The notes: a model not told the origin generated them from the sequence alone. DNA of 64,000 nt from Chitinophagales bacterium (GCA_038251405.1 JBBSBH010000001.1:49125-113124); one strand, 5' to 3'; numbered from the stretch's first letter, positions 47,721 to 58,636 are shown. Numbers and translations: made by a program.

Positions 47721-50126
47721 TTAATTAAAAATATATTTCAGATTAATGCCACTAAAAACGTTTGCTTTTCTTGGCGCAGGTAAGTATGCATCGGGTAACT
47801 GATTCAAAAAAACCATAGCATAGTTTTGATTTTGTGTAATATTGTTAAACCCAACAAAAGCATCAATGCTAATATACTTCATAAACTCCTGCGAGTAACC
47901 AATTTTTGAATTGAGCAAATGAAACTGATTGGTCTCGTTTTTATTATCGGAAGTATAATACATCTTGTCTCTAAAAGAGTAAGTCATGTTCATATACAGT
48001 CCCGGTTTTGTAGAAAAATCAAATCCTGCATTGAAAGTTATTGGTGGGACTCCGACAACTATATTCTTGCTGAAATCAACTTCTACGGTTGATTTCTTAT
48101 CGCTGCTTAATACCTGATATTTAAAATCACCATAGCGGAAGTGAGAGTAAGTAAGATTAGCAAATGGGGTTATCGCTTTTAAAAACTTATCTGATTTGTA
48201 AACAACACTGCTTAAGGTGACTTCAAGTCCCAAATTATTTTGTGTACCGGCATTGGCGACATATACGTAGGAGGTTGCCGTGTTGGCCGCATTGGGCACA
48301 GCAATGGTGGTCATCTTGTCTGTGTATTGGGTGTAAAAGCCTGCTATTTGGAAATTTAGGCGGTCTTTTAGGATGGAACCCTTGGTCCCTACTTCATATT
48401 GTGTTCCCAATTCTGGTTTTAATCCAAAGAGTACCTCACCGGTAAGGGGCACAAAAAAATAAGAACTTACAGGAGCTTTAAAAGCTCTGCTATACGAAGC
48501 ATACACAGAAACCTGCTTTGAAATTACTTTGTTTATTGCCAGATGTGGTGAAAACATATTATTGAAATTGTTTTTGTACTGAGCGGGTTTATGCGTTCCC
48601 TTCGGATTGCTTGGGTTGTTGTTTGTTGCAACGAAAAAGCGGTCGTTTAGCTCTATCCCAAGCGCACTGTATCCAAATCCAGCTGTTATAGAGAAATCAC
48701 TTGGCATAGCCAGGGTCCACTCTGAAAATGCTGAAATTGTTCTTGAGACAGTATATTGATTGCTTCTCAATGCTCCAATGATGTTGTAGCCTGTTAAATT
48801 AAAGCTATCAGCCATCATCGGGTAACCCTGTGTTTGAGCATTTTGTATTTGCGCTTCCAATCCTGTAATTCCTGAAAGTGTTAAACCTTTACCTAATGAG
48901 TAACGGGTGTCAAAAGTAGAACGAAGTCCGTAATTGATAGACGATTTATCAGTCCATCCCCCGGCTGAACTTACATTACTAATTAGACCGGTGCCAAAAA
49001 TGGAAGTGGTGTTAGAGGCATTATCGTGAAATTTATACGTATGTCCCACACCAGTTCTAAAGGTCATCACATTTGTATGTGCGTTATTTTTTACATAAGC
49101 AGGATTGCCTGAATAATCCAATGTCTCAAATTGCCCAATGGTTAACTCGCCATTGCGTTCATCATTACTGCGGCTAAATCCAAAATAACTGTTGAAGGTT
49201 TGTTTTTGATTAGGAGTAAACTCACCGAAGTAATTTACAAAATCCTTATCTGATTTTGTATGTGGCATAAAACCGTCATACTTCTGCTTACCATAATTTA
49301 ACAATACAGATGATTTCTCTTTACTAAACTGCAAACTCGTAGTATAGCGTTGCAACCCATAACTGCCAATGATAACTTCTTGTCCAATGGATGAAGTTCC
49401 GGGTTGTGGCTTCAGCGTCTTTAAGTTTACAACACCTGCAATAGCTTGCCCATAAAGTGTTCCTGCAGGGCCTTTCACTACTTCCACATTTCCGATAGAG
49501 CCAAAATCAATATCATCCATAAGCGTAATGCCCTCAGCATCGGTAATAGGAATACCATTGAGATATACTTTATATCCCTGCCCGTCAAAGTTGCTGTTAA
49601 TTCCATTGGTGCCGCGGGCGCCATTGCCATAGCCACGAATGTTGAACTGTTGCCCTGCCGCAAATGTTCTTCGCTGCATATACACCCCTGCAATGTTGGT
49701 GTTGATAGCATCATCCAGCAGTAAGCCAGTTCCGCGTTTTATCTCCGTTTCACCAATGCGCGCTACGGAAATCGGTTGATACAAAATCGCTTTGTTCGGA
49801 TTTGAACTAGCTGTAACTTCAACTGTGCTTAGATTTCTGGAAGAAATTTTTAGCGCTATAGTTAACTCTTCATTACACGCGACTTTTTGCTTGTACGTTT
49901 CATATCCAATGAAGGATACGGTAACCTCTGTAGAGTCGATGCAATCAAAAAAGAATCGTCCATTTTTATCGGTGGTAGTTCCTTTTGAGCCCGAAACCCA
50001 AATGGTAGCATTGTGGAGAGGAGTGCCATTTTCGGCATCGGTGATCCTCCCTTTTATTTGAGTGGTTTGTGCATATAAGTTGCATGTAAAAACCACACTT
50101 AAAATGAATAAAAATATTTCTTTCAT
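47721..50126 (-). CDS. TonB-dependent receptor with a CarboxypepD_reg-like N-domain
   Basis: 801 aa with a signal peptide. Contains IKGRITDAENGTPLHNATIWV...TDKNGRFFF and the plug region VEVVKGPAGTLYG, followed by a beta-barrel ending ...NLKYIFN. Confidence 0.9.
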   Translation of the reverse strand: MKEIFLFILSVVFTCNLYAQTTQIKGRITDAENGTPLHNATIWVSGSKGTTTDKNGRFFFDCIDSTEVTVSFIGYETYKQKVACNEELTIALKISSRNLSTVEVTASSNPNKAILYQPISVARIGETEIKRGTGLLLDDAINTNIAGVYMQRRTFAAGQQFNIRGYGNGARGTNGINSNFDGQGYKVYLNGIPITDAEGITLMDDIDFGSIGNVEVVKGPAGTLYGQAIAGVVNLKTLKPQPGTSSIGQEVIIGSYGLQRYTTSLQFSKEKSSVLLNYGKQKYDGFMPHTKSDKDFVNYFGEFTPNQKQTFNSYFGFSRSNDERNGELTIGQFETLDYSGNPAYVKNNAHTNVMTFRTGVGHTYKFHDNASNTTSIFGTGLISNVSSAGGWTDKSSINYGLRSTFDTRYSLGKGLTLSGITGLEAQIQNAQTQGYPMMADSFNLTGYNIIGALRSNQYTVSRTISAFSEWTLAMPSDFSITAGFGYSALGIELNDRFFVATNNNPSNPKGTHKPAQYKNNFNNMFSPHLAINKVISKQVSVYASYSRAFKAPVSSYFFVPLTGEVLFGLKPELGTQYEVGTKGSILKDRLNFQIAGFYTQYTDKMTTIAVPNAANTATSYVYVANAGTQNNLGLEVTLSSVVYKSDKFLKAITPFANLTYSHFRYGDFKYQVLSSDKKSTVEVDFSKNIVVGVPPITFNAGFDFSTKPGLYMNMTYSFRDKMYYTSDNKNETNQFHLLNSKIGYSQEFMKYISIDAFVGFNNITQNQNYAMVFLNQLPDAYLPAPRKANVFSGINLKYIFN

Positions 50127-50276
50127 TTGTTAAATTTTAAAATTAATATTGGAAATTGATATTCATGGGAAACCCCATAATAGGTGAACTCCTGCTAAAT
50201 ATCCATCACTGAAATGCATAAACTGAAGCATTCAGGACAACATTAGTAGAGTTGAAAAAGTATTTGAATAATCAAA

Positions 50277-50813
50277 CTACAAATGAAAATATTGAGGCGG
50301 TGGAGTTTTAATTGCAATAAAAGGTGAAACATAATGTATGTTATACATGCTATACCACCCTGAATTGTAAAGTTCATTAAGCTCAGATGAAATATGGTCT
50401 TTTAGATAGATCAGGGAAAGCACTTTGAAAAGTTTTTCAGCAGCATGTTTTACTGGATTATCCTTACCCATATTTTTCTTCACCAATTCATCCAAATTAG
50501 CAAATAATTCGGTTTCTTGTTTATCATTAATGCAATGGTAAATTATAGTTGAATCATTAAGTATCTCCTTCTTCACGATATCATACATATCTCCTTTATA
50601 CCTAAACTCGTCGTCCGATTCCCATATTAATTCAGAATGATTAGCTTTGGAAACTGTAATTATATGCAGTTTATCTAATGATACTCCAATTTTTATATTC
50701 TGTTTTATCTCATGCCTGATTATTAATTGCCGCACTTTAAATACAACCAACACTCCCACAATATTGAAAGCGAATATAAAAAGCAGAAATATGCAAATAC
50801 GCCTTTTTACCAT
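50277..50813 (-). CDS. Membrane-anchored hypothetical protein heading the TonB/ABC uptake operon
   Basis: The ORF track reaches 50870. Met20 gives the signal-anchor MVKRRICIFLLFIFAFNIVGVLVVF. Contains FRYKGDMYDIV and ends TPPPQYFHL. Confidence 0.5.
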   Translation of the reverse strand: MVKRRICIFLLFIFAFNIVGVLVVFKVRQLIIRHEIKQNIKIGVSLDKLHIITVSKANHSELIWESDDEFRYKGDMYDIVKKEILNDSTIIYHCINDKQETELFANLDELVKKNMGKDNPVKHAAEKLFKVLSLIYLKDHISSELNELYNSGWYSMYNIHYVSPFIAIKTPPPQYFHL

Positions 50814-51092
50814 TTGCAAAAGTATATAATTAGCAAATGTACGGCTTATACTGTAGGCATAGAAATTCATTCTTTTATGTGATGGGCCTGTTTTTAATTT
50901 CTTTATTGTTTTGCCCTATCTGTCTGCCTGAAAAAAATCTCTTAAGGGAGTAGCGCCTTTGAACCGGAATTTTGCATTAGAAGTTCTATGCAAAACTCAG
51001 GTCTGATGACTCCAATAGTCGTATCAGACTCATAGGAGGTTAACCTCGATAAATAGTTGGTTTTCAATTCAACTATTTCATCGATCGTTGGC

Positions 51093-51125
51093 AATTTTTG
51101 CTTCTGCTGCAAAAATTGGGTTTAA
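51093..51125. repeat. REP-like hairpin element, copy 2
   Basis: aatttttgc-ttctgct-gcaaaaatt forms a perfect 9-bp stem with a 7-nt loop, followed by gggtttaa. Confidence 0.75.
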
Positions 51126-51184
51126 CATTGTCACTTTAGTGTCTATGACTGCTATAATCTTAATTGATTAAAATAATTCCATCA

Positions 51185-51380
51185 AATGGCTGGTGATTGG
51201 GTCATTACTAAAGGAAATTCCTGCGGATAAGTATCCATTTTATCAACGGGTCTATTTGCGTTTGAAGCCCAATTGATGCGGAAGAACCAAATTTGATTGC
51301 TACCTTTATGCAGGGCAAGGTGCCATTAATGTACCAGGTTGGTCTCCAGATGGTATAAAAATTGCTTTTGTAGTAGTGGT
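51185..51380 (+). pseudogene. Possible remnant of a PD40/TolB-like beta-propeller gene
   Basis: Frame fragments KWLVIGSLLKEIPADKYPFYQRVYLRLKPN* and QGAINVPGWSPDGIKIAFVV. The WSPDGxxIAF motif is the only strong cue. Confidence 0.3.
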
Positions 51381-51413
51381 ATTTTTTAAAGTATTGAATT
51401 TAAAAATCAGAAA

Positions 51414-52370
51414 ATGAATAATTGGATAGCAAATCAGGTTAATGCAGCAAAGTTGTTTAGTATGACGCTTGCATTTTTAGTACTGCTGGTTTCCGCCGTA
51501 CAGGCGCAGAAAAATGGCAAGGAACTCCCATTAATACCGGCACTTAACGCATATTCATTTAGTGATTTGTTAGAAGCTAAAGACACAAAGAATAAGCAAC
51601 AGGTCTATACCTTGTTTAATCTCATGGATTGGTGTGCTTCACAAAAAATAAAAGTGCTGGATCCAACGGCATATTTTTTTCCAACTTATCCGGATGTTCC
51701 ATCAGATGACTACCTTTTAAAGTTCAAAGCAAGAGCGAAAGAATTGGGTATTGTTATAAGCGGCACAGGCGTTCGTAATAATTTCGCTTCACCTGATCCA
51801 AAAGTTCGTGCAGAAGGCGTGCAGCTTGCAAAAAACTGGATTGTAGCCGCTTCCAAGATTGGAGCGCCTGTTGTTCGTGTATTTGCAGGTGAAATTCCTA
51901 AAGGATATGAGGATAAGTGGGAGGAAGTTGCAGGGTGGATGATTGAATGTTATAAAGAATGTGCTGTATACGGAGAAAAGTATGGTGTCAAAATTGGTAT
52001 TCAAAATCATGGGGATATGTTGCAAACAGCTGATCAGTGCATTTATATATTGAAAGGTGTTGATTCAAAGTGGGTGGGTTTGATTGTTGATACAGGTAAT
52101 TTTAAAACAGCTGATCCATATAAAGATATAGCAGAAGTAGTTCCCTACGCTGTAAACTGGCAGATTAAGGAAAGTGTTTTCGGAATTGGAAGTGAAGTGC
52201 CAACTGACTACAAGCGTCTTGTTAAAATTATTAAAGAACAGGGTTACAAAGGCTACTTACCCATTGAAACGTTGTTAGTTCGTGGAAAATCATATGAACC
52301 ATTTACAGCTGTTCCACAAATGATGAATGAGTTGGGCATTGCCATAAATGAAGTATATATTAAAAAATAA
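51414..52370 (+). CDS. Sugar phosphate isomerase/epimerase (xylose-isomerase-like TIM barrel), exported
   Basis: 318 aa with a signal peptide. Contains APVVRVFAG, GVKIGIQNHGD, IVDTGNF and YLPIE. Confidence 0.75.
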   Translation: MNNWIANQVNAAKLFSMTLAFLVLLVSAVQAQKNGKELPLIPALNAYSFSDLLEAKDTKNKQQVYTLFNLMDWCASQKIKVLDPTAYFFPTYPDVPSDDYLLKFKARAKELGIVISGTGVRNNFASPDPKVRAEGVQLAKNWIVAASKIGAPVVRVFAGEIPKGYEDKWEEVAGWMIECYKECAVYGEKYGVKIGIQNHGDMLQTADQCIYILKGVDSKWVGLIVDTGNFKTADPYKDIAEVVPYAVNWQIKESVFGIGSEVPTDYKRLVKIIKEQGYKGYLPIETLLVRGKSYEPFTAVPQMMNELGIAINEVYIKK

Positions 52371-52372
52371 GT

Positions 52373-53419
52373 ATGAATGCTATGTCAATCAAAAGACACC
52401 ATAAAGAAATAGTTTATCACTTTATTATTATTATTATCATTCTTCTGATCGTGACGGAACGTTCTTACGGTCAACAGTGGAAAGGAAAAAGGTTTGCATT
52501 TGAACAAAACAGGAAACTGGGCCGTGGTGTAAATATTATTGGCTATGATCCGCTTTGGAACGATCCATCAAAAGCCAGAATGAAGGATAAACATTTTAAG
52601 CTAATTAAAGATGCTGGTTTTAATAACGTTCGTATAAAGATTAGTCCATTTAGATTCTCCATAGATTCCGCTTATACCATCAAACCTTCATTTTTTACAA
52701 CGTTAGACTGGGCTATTAAAGAATCATTGAAAAATAGACTGATGGTGATTGTAGATTTTCATGAACACATTGCTATGGGTAAGGATCCTCTTGGTACTAA
52801 GCCTATGTTCCTGGCCATGTGGAAACAAATAGCTCAGCATTGCAAAGATTACAAGAATGATGTTGTTTTTGAAATTGCAAATGAGCCTAATATGAAGCCT
52901 GAAATTTGGAATCAAATTCACAGCGAAGCATATAAAATAATTAGAGCATCAAATCCGGGCAGAACCCTTCTTGTGGGGACCATTAATGGCAATCAGATTA
53001 AATTTCTTCCAGATTTGGTTTTGCCTGAAGAGGACCGCAATATCATTGTCGCTATTCACTACTATAGCCCTATTCAATTTACCCACCAGGGAGCGCCCTG
53101 GTCTTTAAAAAATAAAGATTTGAGTGGCATTGAATGGACTGAAAGTGCAGATGAAGTAATGGCCATTAAGCGTGATTTTGATATGGCCCAGGAATGGGCA
53201 ATTAAAAATAACAGACCATTGACCTTGGGAGAGTTTGGTGCATATGAAAAAGCTGACATATCATCCCGGGTACGATGGACAAACTATATTGCAAGACAAG
53301 CCGAACGCCGAAATTGGAGTTGGAGTTACTGGCAGTTTGACTCTGATTTCATAGTTTATGATCTTACTAAAGATGAGTGGGTGGAGCCTATCAAAAATGC
53401 CCTTCTGCCTCAAAAATAA
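52373..53419 (+). CDS. Glycoside hydrolase family 5 (cellulase/mannanase type)
   Basis: 348 aa with a signal-anchor. The acid/base motif is VVFEIANEPN, HYY follows, and the nucleophile motif is LTLGEFGA. Confidence 0.8.
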   Translation: MNAMSIKRHHKEIVYHFIIIIIILLIVTERSYGQQWKGKRFAFEQNRKLGRGVNIIGYDPLWNDPSKARMKDKHFKLIKDAGFNNVRIKISPFRFSIDSAYTIKPSFFTTLDWAIKESLKNRLMVIVDFHEHIAMGKDPLGTKPMFLAMWKQIAQHCKDYKNDVVFEIANEPNMKPEIWNQIHSEAYKIIRASNPGRTLLVGTINGNQIKFLPDLVLPEEDRNIIVAIHYYSPIQFTHQGAPWSLKNKDLSGIEWTESADEVMAIKRDFDMAQEWAIKNNRPLTLGEFGAYEKADISSRVRWTNYIARQAERRNWSWSYWQFDSDFIVYDLTKDEWVEPIKNALLPQK

Positions 53420-53583
53420 TTTAATAATAAAAGGAATTGATTGCACGATCTCCTTTTGATCGATTGCAAGCACTTTTTTGTTTCTGCGCTGGCTTTTGCG
53501 TTACAAAAAAATAAAAATGTAATTGCAAATTTGTTGGCAATAGTATTAGTGCGTTTCAAGTTTAAAAAATCATTAAGAAAGGT

Positions 53584-53973
53584 TTATAGGCTTCTTATTG
53601 CTTCAAGAATTTGTTCGGGTAGTTTATTTATGTCCGTTGGCTTATGGAGATAACTTGATGCTCCGAGTGCATGAAATTCAGCAATAATTTTATCGGTAAA
53701 AGCAGTGGAATACATGATGACATTAATATTTTTCAGCTTCGCATCTCTTTTCAATTCCTTTAAACATTCCCTTCCATCCAGGCGGGGCATATTTATATCA
53801 AGGAAAATAAAATCGGGTAATTGTTCTGTCTTACGTAATAATTGGAGTGCTTCTGTACAGCCATTTACTTCCAAACATACAGCGGAAGGAAGCATTTTTT
53901 TTAATGCTTCTTTAAAAAACATTCTATCGTCCGCATCATCATCAATTATCATAAAAAAGTCTTGAGCTATCAT
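53584..53973 (-). CDS. Single-domain response regulator (receiver only), co-transcribed with the CheB-CheR kinase
   Basis: 129 aa. Contains IIDDDADDR, PDFIFLDINMPRLDGRECL and IMYST. It starts 17 nt after the kinase stop. Confidence 0.88.
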   Translation of the reverse strand: MIAQDFFMIIDDDADDRMFFKEALKKMLPSAVCLEVNGCTEALQLLRKTEQLPDFIFLDINMPRLDGRECLKELKRDAKLKNINVIMYSTAFTDKIIAEFHALGASSYLHKPTDINKLPEQILEAIRSL

Positions 53974-53990
53974 ATATCTCGGCGGGTAAT

Positions 53991-56900
53991 TTAGTGGGGT
54001 TGTGTAGTTGGAAGTATTACATGAAACTCGGCTCCCTTGTTTTCTTTTGCCTCTGCAAAAATTTCCCCGTGATGGTTTTCAATAATTTTTTTTGTGAGTG
54101 CTAATCCGATGCCTGTTCCGGTGAACGTTTCTTTGTCGTGCAGGCGTTGGAAGATAGTGAATATTTTACCAGCGTATCGTTGTTCAAATCCAATGCCGTT
54201 GTCTTTGAAAATAAGTTCAACATAAGACATGGACGGATTGAAGGAAGGATATTTTTGAATTTGTTTTCCTGTAAGTGTGCGGGAAGTGATGTTTATTACA
54301 GGCCGAGTATCTTCTTTTGAAAATTTAAGTGAGTTGCTGATGAGATTGTAAAAAAGCTGGTTCATCTGTAAGGGGATTGTTTCTATAGTGGGGAGTTTGT
54401 CAAATTTTATTTTTGCTTTCTTTTCGTGAATGAGCAATTCAAAATCGTTTACAATATTTTTGATTGTTTCGTTGAGGTCGGTTGGTGAAAATGATTTTTC
54501 ATGTTGCAGCAAGCGTGAATAGTTGAGCAGGTCATTTATGAGAGAAGTCATTCGCTTGGATGAACCTTCAATTTTGGTGAGATAGGATTTTACTTCTGTG
54601 CTCAACACATTTTTGTATTTGTCCTGCAAAACCATGGAGAAGGTGTTAATTTTTCTTAGTGGTTCCTGCAAGTCATGGCTTGCTACATGGGCAAACTGGT
54701 CTAACTTCATGTTGGTTTGCTTTAGTTCATCGTTTAGTTTTTTGAGTTCAGCGGTTCGCACGTTTACTTTAGCTTCCAATTGTTCTGTAAATATTTTTTG
54801 CTCTTCAATTTCTGTGCTACTTCCTATCCATCCGGTAATGTTACCATGTATGTCTTTTTGTGCAATGCCATGACTTAAATGCCAACGGTAAGTTCCATCA
54901 TGATGGCGCATGCGTTTTTCCATATAGAAATCTTCGCCTGTTTTAAGGCTGTGATTCCATAGCTCTAAATCTTTTTTAAGGTCGGCAGGAAAAATAATAT
55001 TGCACATACCATTACCTTTTAATTCTTCATAAGACAAACCGGTGTAATCAAGAAAATATTTGTTGAAGAAATATTTCTGCCCATCAGGTCCAGCTGCCCA
55101 TATCATATTAGGAATGGTTTCGGAGAGGATTCTGAATTTAGCTTCATTTTCCTCAATTTGTTTTTTGGCCTTCACATACGCGGTTGTTTCCGTTCCAATA
55201 ACCGTTACACCTGATATCATACCGTCCATTTCAGTATAAGGCTGAATAACAACACTGAAAAAGCGCTCTTCCAACGCGTCGTTGTTCAATATGAAAGCTC
55301 TGTTTTCATTTAATGTGTAAGGTATGCCCGTAGTATAAACATCTTTTAATTGCTTTGAAAATTGCTGGCTTTTTAATTCAGATATTGCCTCAAACAAGGG
55401 TTTGCCTACAATCTCTTGTCCTTTCCCCCAAATTTGAAGCAGCGGTTGGTTAGCTGATTCGATTACCATTTCCGTTCCTTTTAAAATCCCAATTGCCATA
55501 ACAGATTGCGAAAGAATATTGCTGAAACGCTTTTCGCTTGCTTCAATTTTCTTTTGGGCAATTTCTTTCTCGGTAATATTCATTGCAACACCCGTAATGC
55601 CCGTTACCTTCCCCGTATCATTTTTAACTGGCTCAATCATTATTTTATAAAATGATTGATCACCATTAATGGTCATTAAGATGTCTGATTGTATTCCGAT
55701 GCCAGTTTGAAGTACATCTTTTTTTAGAGACGAAAGCCGTTTTGCGGTTTCAGGTTCATACAGTCCGTTATCATCTTTACCCAAAATATCCTCAGCATTA
55801 AAATCATGAAACCAATTGTAAATCCAGGTGTACTTTAGATTTTCATCCTGAGCAAAAGCAACTTGACCACTTGCGTTTATGGCCAGTTTGAAACGCTTTT
55901 CGCTTTCTTCAATTATTTTTCTGGCATTTATACTTTCAGTTATATCTTCCATTGCAAGAAGTATCAACTGTTCTGCTTTTTCTTCATTTACAATTTGCCG
56001 TGCATTTATCAGGATATTGCGCACACCCTTATCCGTCAAAGAGAGGTTGATTTCAAAATCTTCTATGCGTTTTTTTTGCGGAAGAATTTTTTCGAGCAAG
56101 GAACGAAGCAAGGTATCATCGAACTGATAATTTTGTATTTCGTAAAATAATTTGTTTTCGGTTTCTTTTTCTTCTACATTAAATTTTTTGTAAAAGGCAT
56201 CGTTGGCTGTTATTACACGCAATGCTTTGTCAAGAACCACAAGCGGTTGTCGTATGGTGGTAACGATGGCTTCGGAATAAAAGCGGGCTGCGTTTAGTTG
56301 TTCCTGCTTGTCCAGCAACTCCTGATTTATAATGATGAGTTCTTCGTTGGTTGATTGCAGTTCTTCTTTTGATGTTTCTAATTCTTCGTTCAAACTTTGC
56401 ATCTCCTCGTTGCTGCTTTGCAGTTCTTCGTTTGCACTTTGCAGTTCTTCATTGGCGGCTTCCATGTCTTCAGTGATGGAGCGCATGTCTTCGCGGGTTT
56501 GTGCAAGTTCTTTTTCTAATTGTTCGATTCGTTTTTGCGAATCATTATGTTTTATTTTATTTTTTGAAAATTTATTTTCTTCCTGCAAAACGGGTATTAT
56601 TTTTTTTTCAAACCGAATTAAGTAATGCGGTTCAATGGTATCAGTTAGCGGAATAATTTCTATGGTAACCAAAGATTGTTTGTCCTGCCCGGCCTGTTTG
56701 CTATCGGGATCATTCAGGTGGACATTGGTCCTAACAGGAATATTTTCTTTGGTAACTATTGTCTGTTCCTTCGATGCTTTGTGAACGGCGTTTCGCAATT
56801 CAAACGCTAAACCTTCACGCGCCATTTTCAAAAGGTTGTGAGTTGGCTTGCCTTGCGGTGCTTCAAGAAACGGTGTGATGATGCCATGAATGTGCACGAT

Positions 56901-58571
56901 GTCCATTTGAGCATTTATTACCACACTTGCAGGGGATTTTGAAATCATTATTGCCTCTGCGCTTTTTCTGAAATCGGTGTGAACGGGTTCTTTCTTGGTT
57001 ATCGTTTCACCCTTTGTTGCTAACGATTCTTCCCTACGCTTGCCTGTCCGGTAGGCAGGTTCGGTGGCAACATGCATAAACCTGCGTAGCACTGGCTTGC
57101 GCGAATAAATTTTATCTTGTTTGGAAATTTGTGTAAATAAATCGGATGATGTGCCAATAGTTTCGGATTTTCCCAAAAGAAGAAACCCATTTTCTTTGAG
57201 CGCGTAATGAAAAGTGGTGAATGCTTTCTTCTGTAAAAAAGTATCCATGTAGATGAGCACATTGCGGCAACTGATTAAATCCATTTTTGCAAATGGCGGA
57301 TCTTTTAAAAAATTGTGTGGGGCAAATACGCACATGTCGCGAATGAGCTTGTTCACTTCGTAGCCGCCGTTATTTTTTCTGAAATAATTTTTCAGTTGCG
57401 TTGCTGAAAGTTTTTCTACATCAGTTTTGGAGTAAACTGCTGAACGTGCTTTCTTGATTGCTTTCTCGGAAATATCGGAAGCGAAGATTTGAATTCGCCT
57501 CAACCCCAGACTCTCTCCCATAGGGAGGGGAGAATGCGCTCCCAGAAATTCGTGCAGGCAGATGGCAATAGAAAATGCTTCTTCTCCTGTGGAGCATCCC
57601 ACAATCCAAACGCGAAAGGATTCATCAGAAGATTTATTTTTTAACAGTGCGGGAAAAACGGTGTCGCTTAAAGTTTTAAACGTTTTGGGGTCGCGGAAGA
57701 AAGAAGTGACCGGAATAAGCAAATCCTGAAAGAGCGCATCCTGTTCAGCTTTGTCGGTGCGTAAAAATTTTAAGTAGTCGGCAGTATATTTCTTTTTGAC
57801 AATGGCCATTCTCCGCGCAATCCGCCTGTGAAAAGTAGGCTGCTTGTAGTAAGTAAAATCAACTCCACTTCGCTGGCGAAGCAACAAAAGAATTTGTTTA
57901 AAAATATCTTCATGGTCTTTTGGCAGTTGTTCTTCGTCTTTAAAAACATGACTTGTTTCGAATGCACTGTTGATTTGCAAAAGCTTGGCAGGAATTTTTT
58001 CGGGAGCTAAAATAAAATCTACCACGCCTGCATTCACTGCGCTTTGCGGCATACTATCATACGCTGCCGATTCGGTGTCCTGGGCAATGCTGATGCCTCC
58101 GTGTTCTTTGATGGCTTTTAATCCGAGTGTGCCATCACTGCCTGTGCCTGATAGGATAATACCTACTGCAAACTCTTTATGCACCTCGGCAAGTGATGTG
58201 AAAAAAGAATCAATAGAAAGATTTATAGTTTTTTTATCTCGCGGACTGAGTTGCAGCACACCATCAGTTGATGTAAGAATTTTGTTGGAAGGAATAATGT
58301 AGATGTGGTCGGGTGCAAGATGAATGTCCTCCGTGATTTCATGCACTGGTATTTTGGTAACGCGCTGCAAAATCTCTGGTAAAATACTTTCGTGCGATGG
58401 GTCAAGATGCTGAACCAACACATAAGCCATTCCTGAACTTTCGGGGATCGCTGTGAGCAATCGCTTGAAGGCATCAAGCCCGCCTGCACTCGCACCAATA
58501 CCTACAATGGGAAAGTTCTGCACGGTGGCAGGCGGTTGTGATTTCGTTTTATTTTTCCTGGAGGTAGCCAT
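53991..58571 (-). CDS. CheB methylesterase - CheR methyltransferase - PAS/PAC x4-5 - HisKA/HATPase hybrid sensor kinase
   Basis: 1526 aa. CheB part: FPIVGIGASAGGLDAF, VQHLDPSH, GTGSDGT. CheR part: FFRD..., VWIVGCSTGEEAFSIA. A heptad coiled coil ANEELQS repeats 7 times. H-box FAHVASHDLQEPLR, N-box LISNSLKFS, G-boxes DNGIGF and GTGIGLAL. Confidence 0.9.
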   Translation of the reverse strand: MATSRKNKTKSQPPATVQNFPIVGIGASAGGLDAFKRLLTAIPESSGMAYVLVQHLDPSHESILPEILQRVTKIPVHEITEDIHLAPDHIYIIPSNKILTSTDGVLQLSPRDKKTINLSIDSFFTSLAEVHKEFAVGIILSGTGSDGTLGLKAIKEHGGISIAQDTESAAYDSMPQSAVNAGVVDFILAPEKIPAKLLQINSAFETSHVFKDEEQLPKDHEDIFKQILLLLRQRSGVDFTYYKQPTFHRRIARRMAIVKKKYTADYLKFLRTDKAEQDALFQDLLIPVTSFFRDPKTFKTLSDTVFPALLKNKSSDESFRVWIVGCSTGEEAFSIAICLHEFLGAHSPLPMGESLGLRRIQIFASDISEKAIKKARSAVYSKTDVEKLSATQLKNYFRKNNGGYEVNKLIRDMCVFAPHNFLKDPPFAKMDLISCRNVLIYMDTFLQKKAFTTFHYALKENGFLLLGKSETIGTSSDLFTQISKQDKIYSRKPVLRRFMHVATEPAYRTGKRREESLATKGETITKKEPVHTDFRKSAEAIMISKSPASVVINAQMDIVHIHGIITPFLEAPQGKPTHNLLKMAREGLAFELRNAVHKASKEQTIVTKENIPVRTNVHLNDPDSKQAGQDKQSLVTIEIIPLTDTIEPHYLIRFEKKIIPVLQEENKFSKNKIKHNDSQKRIEQLEKELAQTREDMRSITEDMEAANEELQSANEELQSSNEEMQSLNEELETSKEELQSTNEELIIINQELLDKQEQLNAARFYSEAIVTTIRQPLVVLDKALRVITANDAFYKKFNVEEKETENKLFYEIQNYQFDDTLLRSLLEKILPQKKRIEDFEINLSLTDKGVRNILINARQIVNEEKAEQLILLAMEDITESINARKIIEESEKRFKLAINASGQVAFAQDENLKYTWIYNWFHDFNAEDILGKDDNGLYEPETAKRLSSLKKDVLQTGIGIQSDILMTINGDQSFYKIMIEPVKNDTGKVTGITGVAMNITEKEIAQKKIEASEKRFSNILSQSVMAIGILKGTEMVIESANQPLLQIWGKGQEIVGKPLFEAISELKSQQFSKQLKDVYTTGIPYTLNENRAFILNNDALEERFFSVVIQPYTEMDGMISGVTVIGTETTAYVKAKKQIEENEAKFRILSETIPNMIWAAGPDGQKYFFNKYFLDYTGLSYEELKGNGMCNIIFPADLKKDLELWNHSLKTGEDFYMEKRMRHHDGTYRWHLSHGIAQKDIHGNITGWIGSSTEIEEQKIFTEQLEAKVNVRTAELKKLNDELKQTNMKLDQFAHVASHDLQEPLRKINTFSMVLQDKYKNVLSTEVKSYLTKIEGSSKRMTSLINDLLNYSRLLQHEKSFSPTDLNETIKNIVNDFELLIHEKKAKIKFDKLPTIETIPLQMNQLFYNLISNSLKFSKEDTRPVINITSRTLTGKQIQKYPSFNPSMSYVELIFKDNGIGFEQRYAGKIFTIFQRLHDKETFTGTGIGLALTKKIIENHHGEIFAEAKENKGAEFHVILPTTQPH
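57041..57067. repeat. Copy of the 39.8-kb hairpin element embedded in frame in the kinase CDS
   Basis: tgcctgtccggtaggcaggttcggtgg. On the coding strand it encodes ...ATEPAYRTGKR... in the CheR-PAS linker. Confidence 0.8.
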
Positions 58572-58615
58572 TTGCAGAGAGAAAGAAGGTAAAGTTAATA
58601 AAATAAGAGGTGGAA

Positions 58616-58636
58616 AATAATGTTGTCATGATTATT
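58616..58636 (-). promoter_or_regulatory. Inverted repeat AATAAT-N9-ATTATT, 45-65 nt upstream of the kinase start
   Basis: aataatgttgtcatgattatt, read directly. The box (GAAAATAAT..TGTCAT.ATTATT) is shared with 59311-59334. Confidence 0.4.

Noticed and set aside
50127-50276. Cobalamin riboswitch upstream of the TonB receptor / FecCD importer
   Set aside because: On the minus strand I found no B12-box-like (GCCACTG) element and no conserved GGTGAAA/CCC cores. The substrate of the importer therefore stays open (heme, siderophore or B12).
56325-56465. 21-nt periodic DNA repeat
   Set aside because: It is the coding image of the heptad coiled coil (ANEELQS x7) of the kinase. It is not an independent tandem repeat or a regulatory array.
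54138-58498. About ten 60-110-aa ORFs on both strands inside the CheB-CheR kinase gene
   Set aside because: They are shadow frames of a 4.6-kb gene with clear domain motifs throughout.
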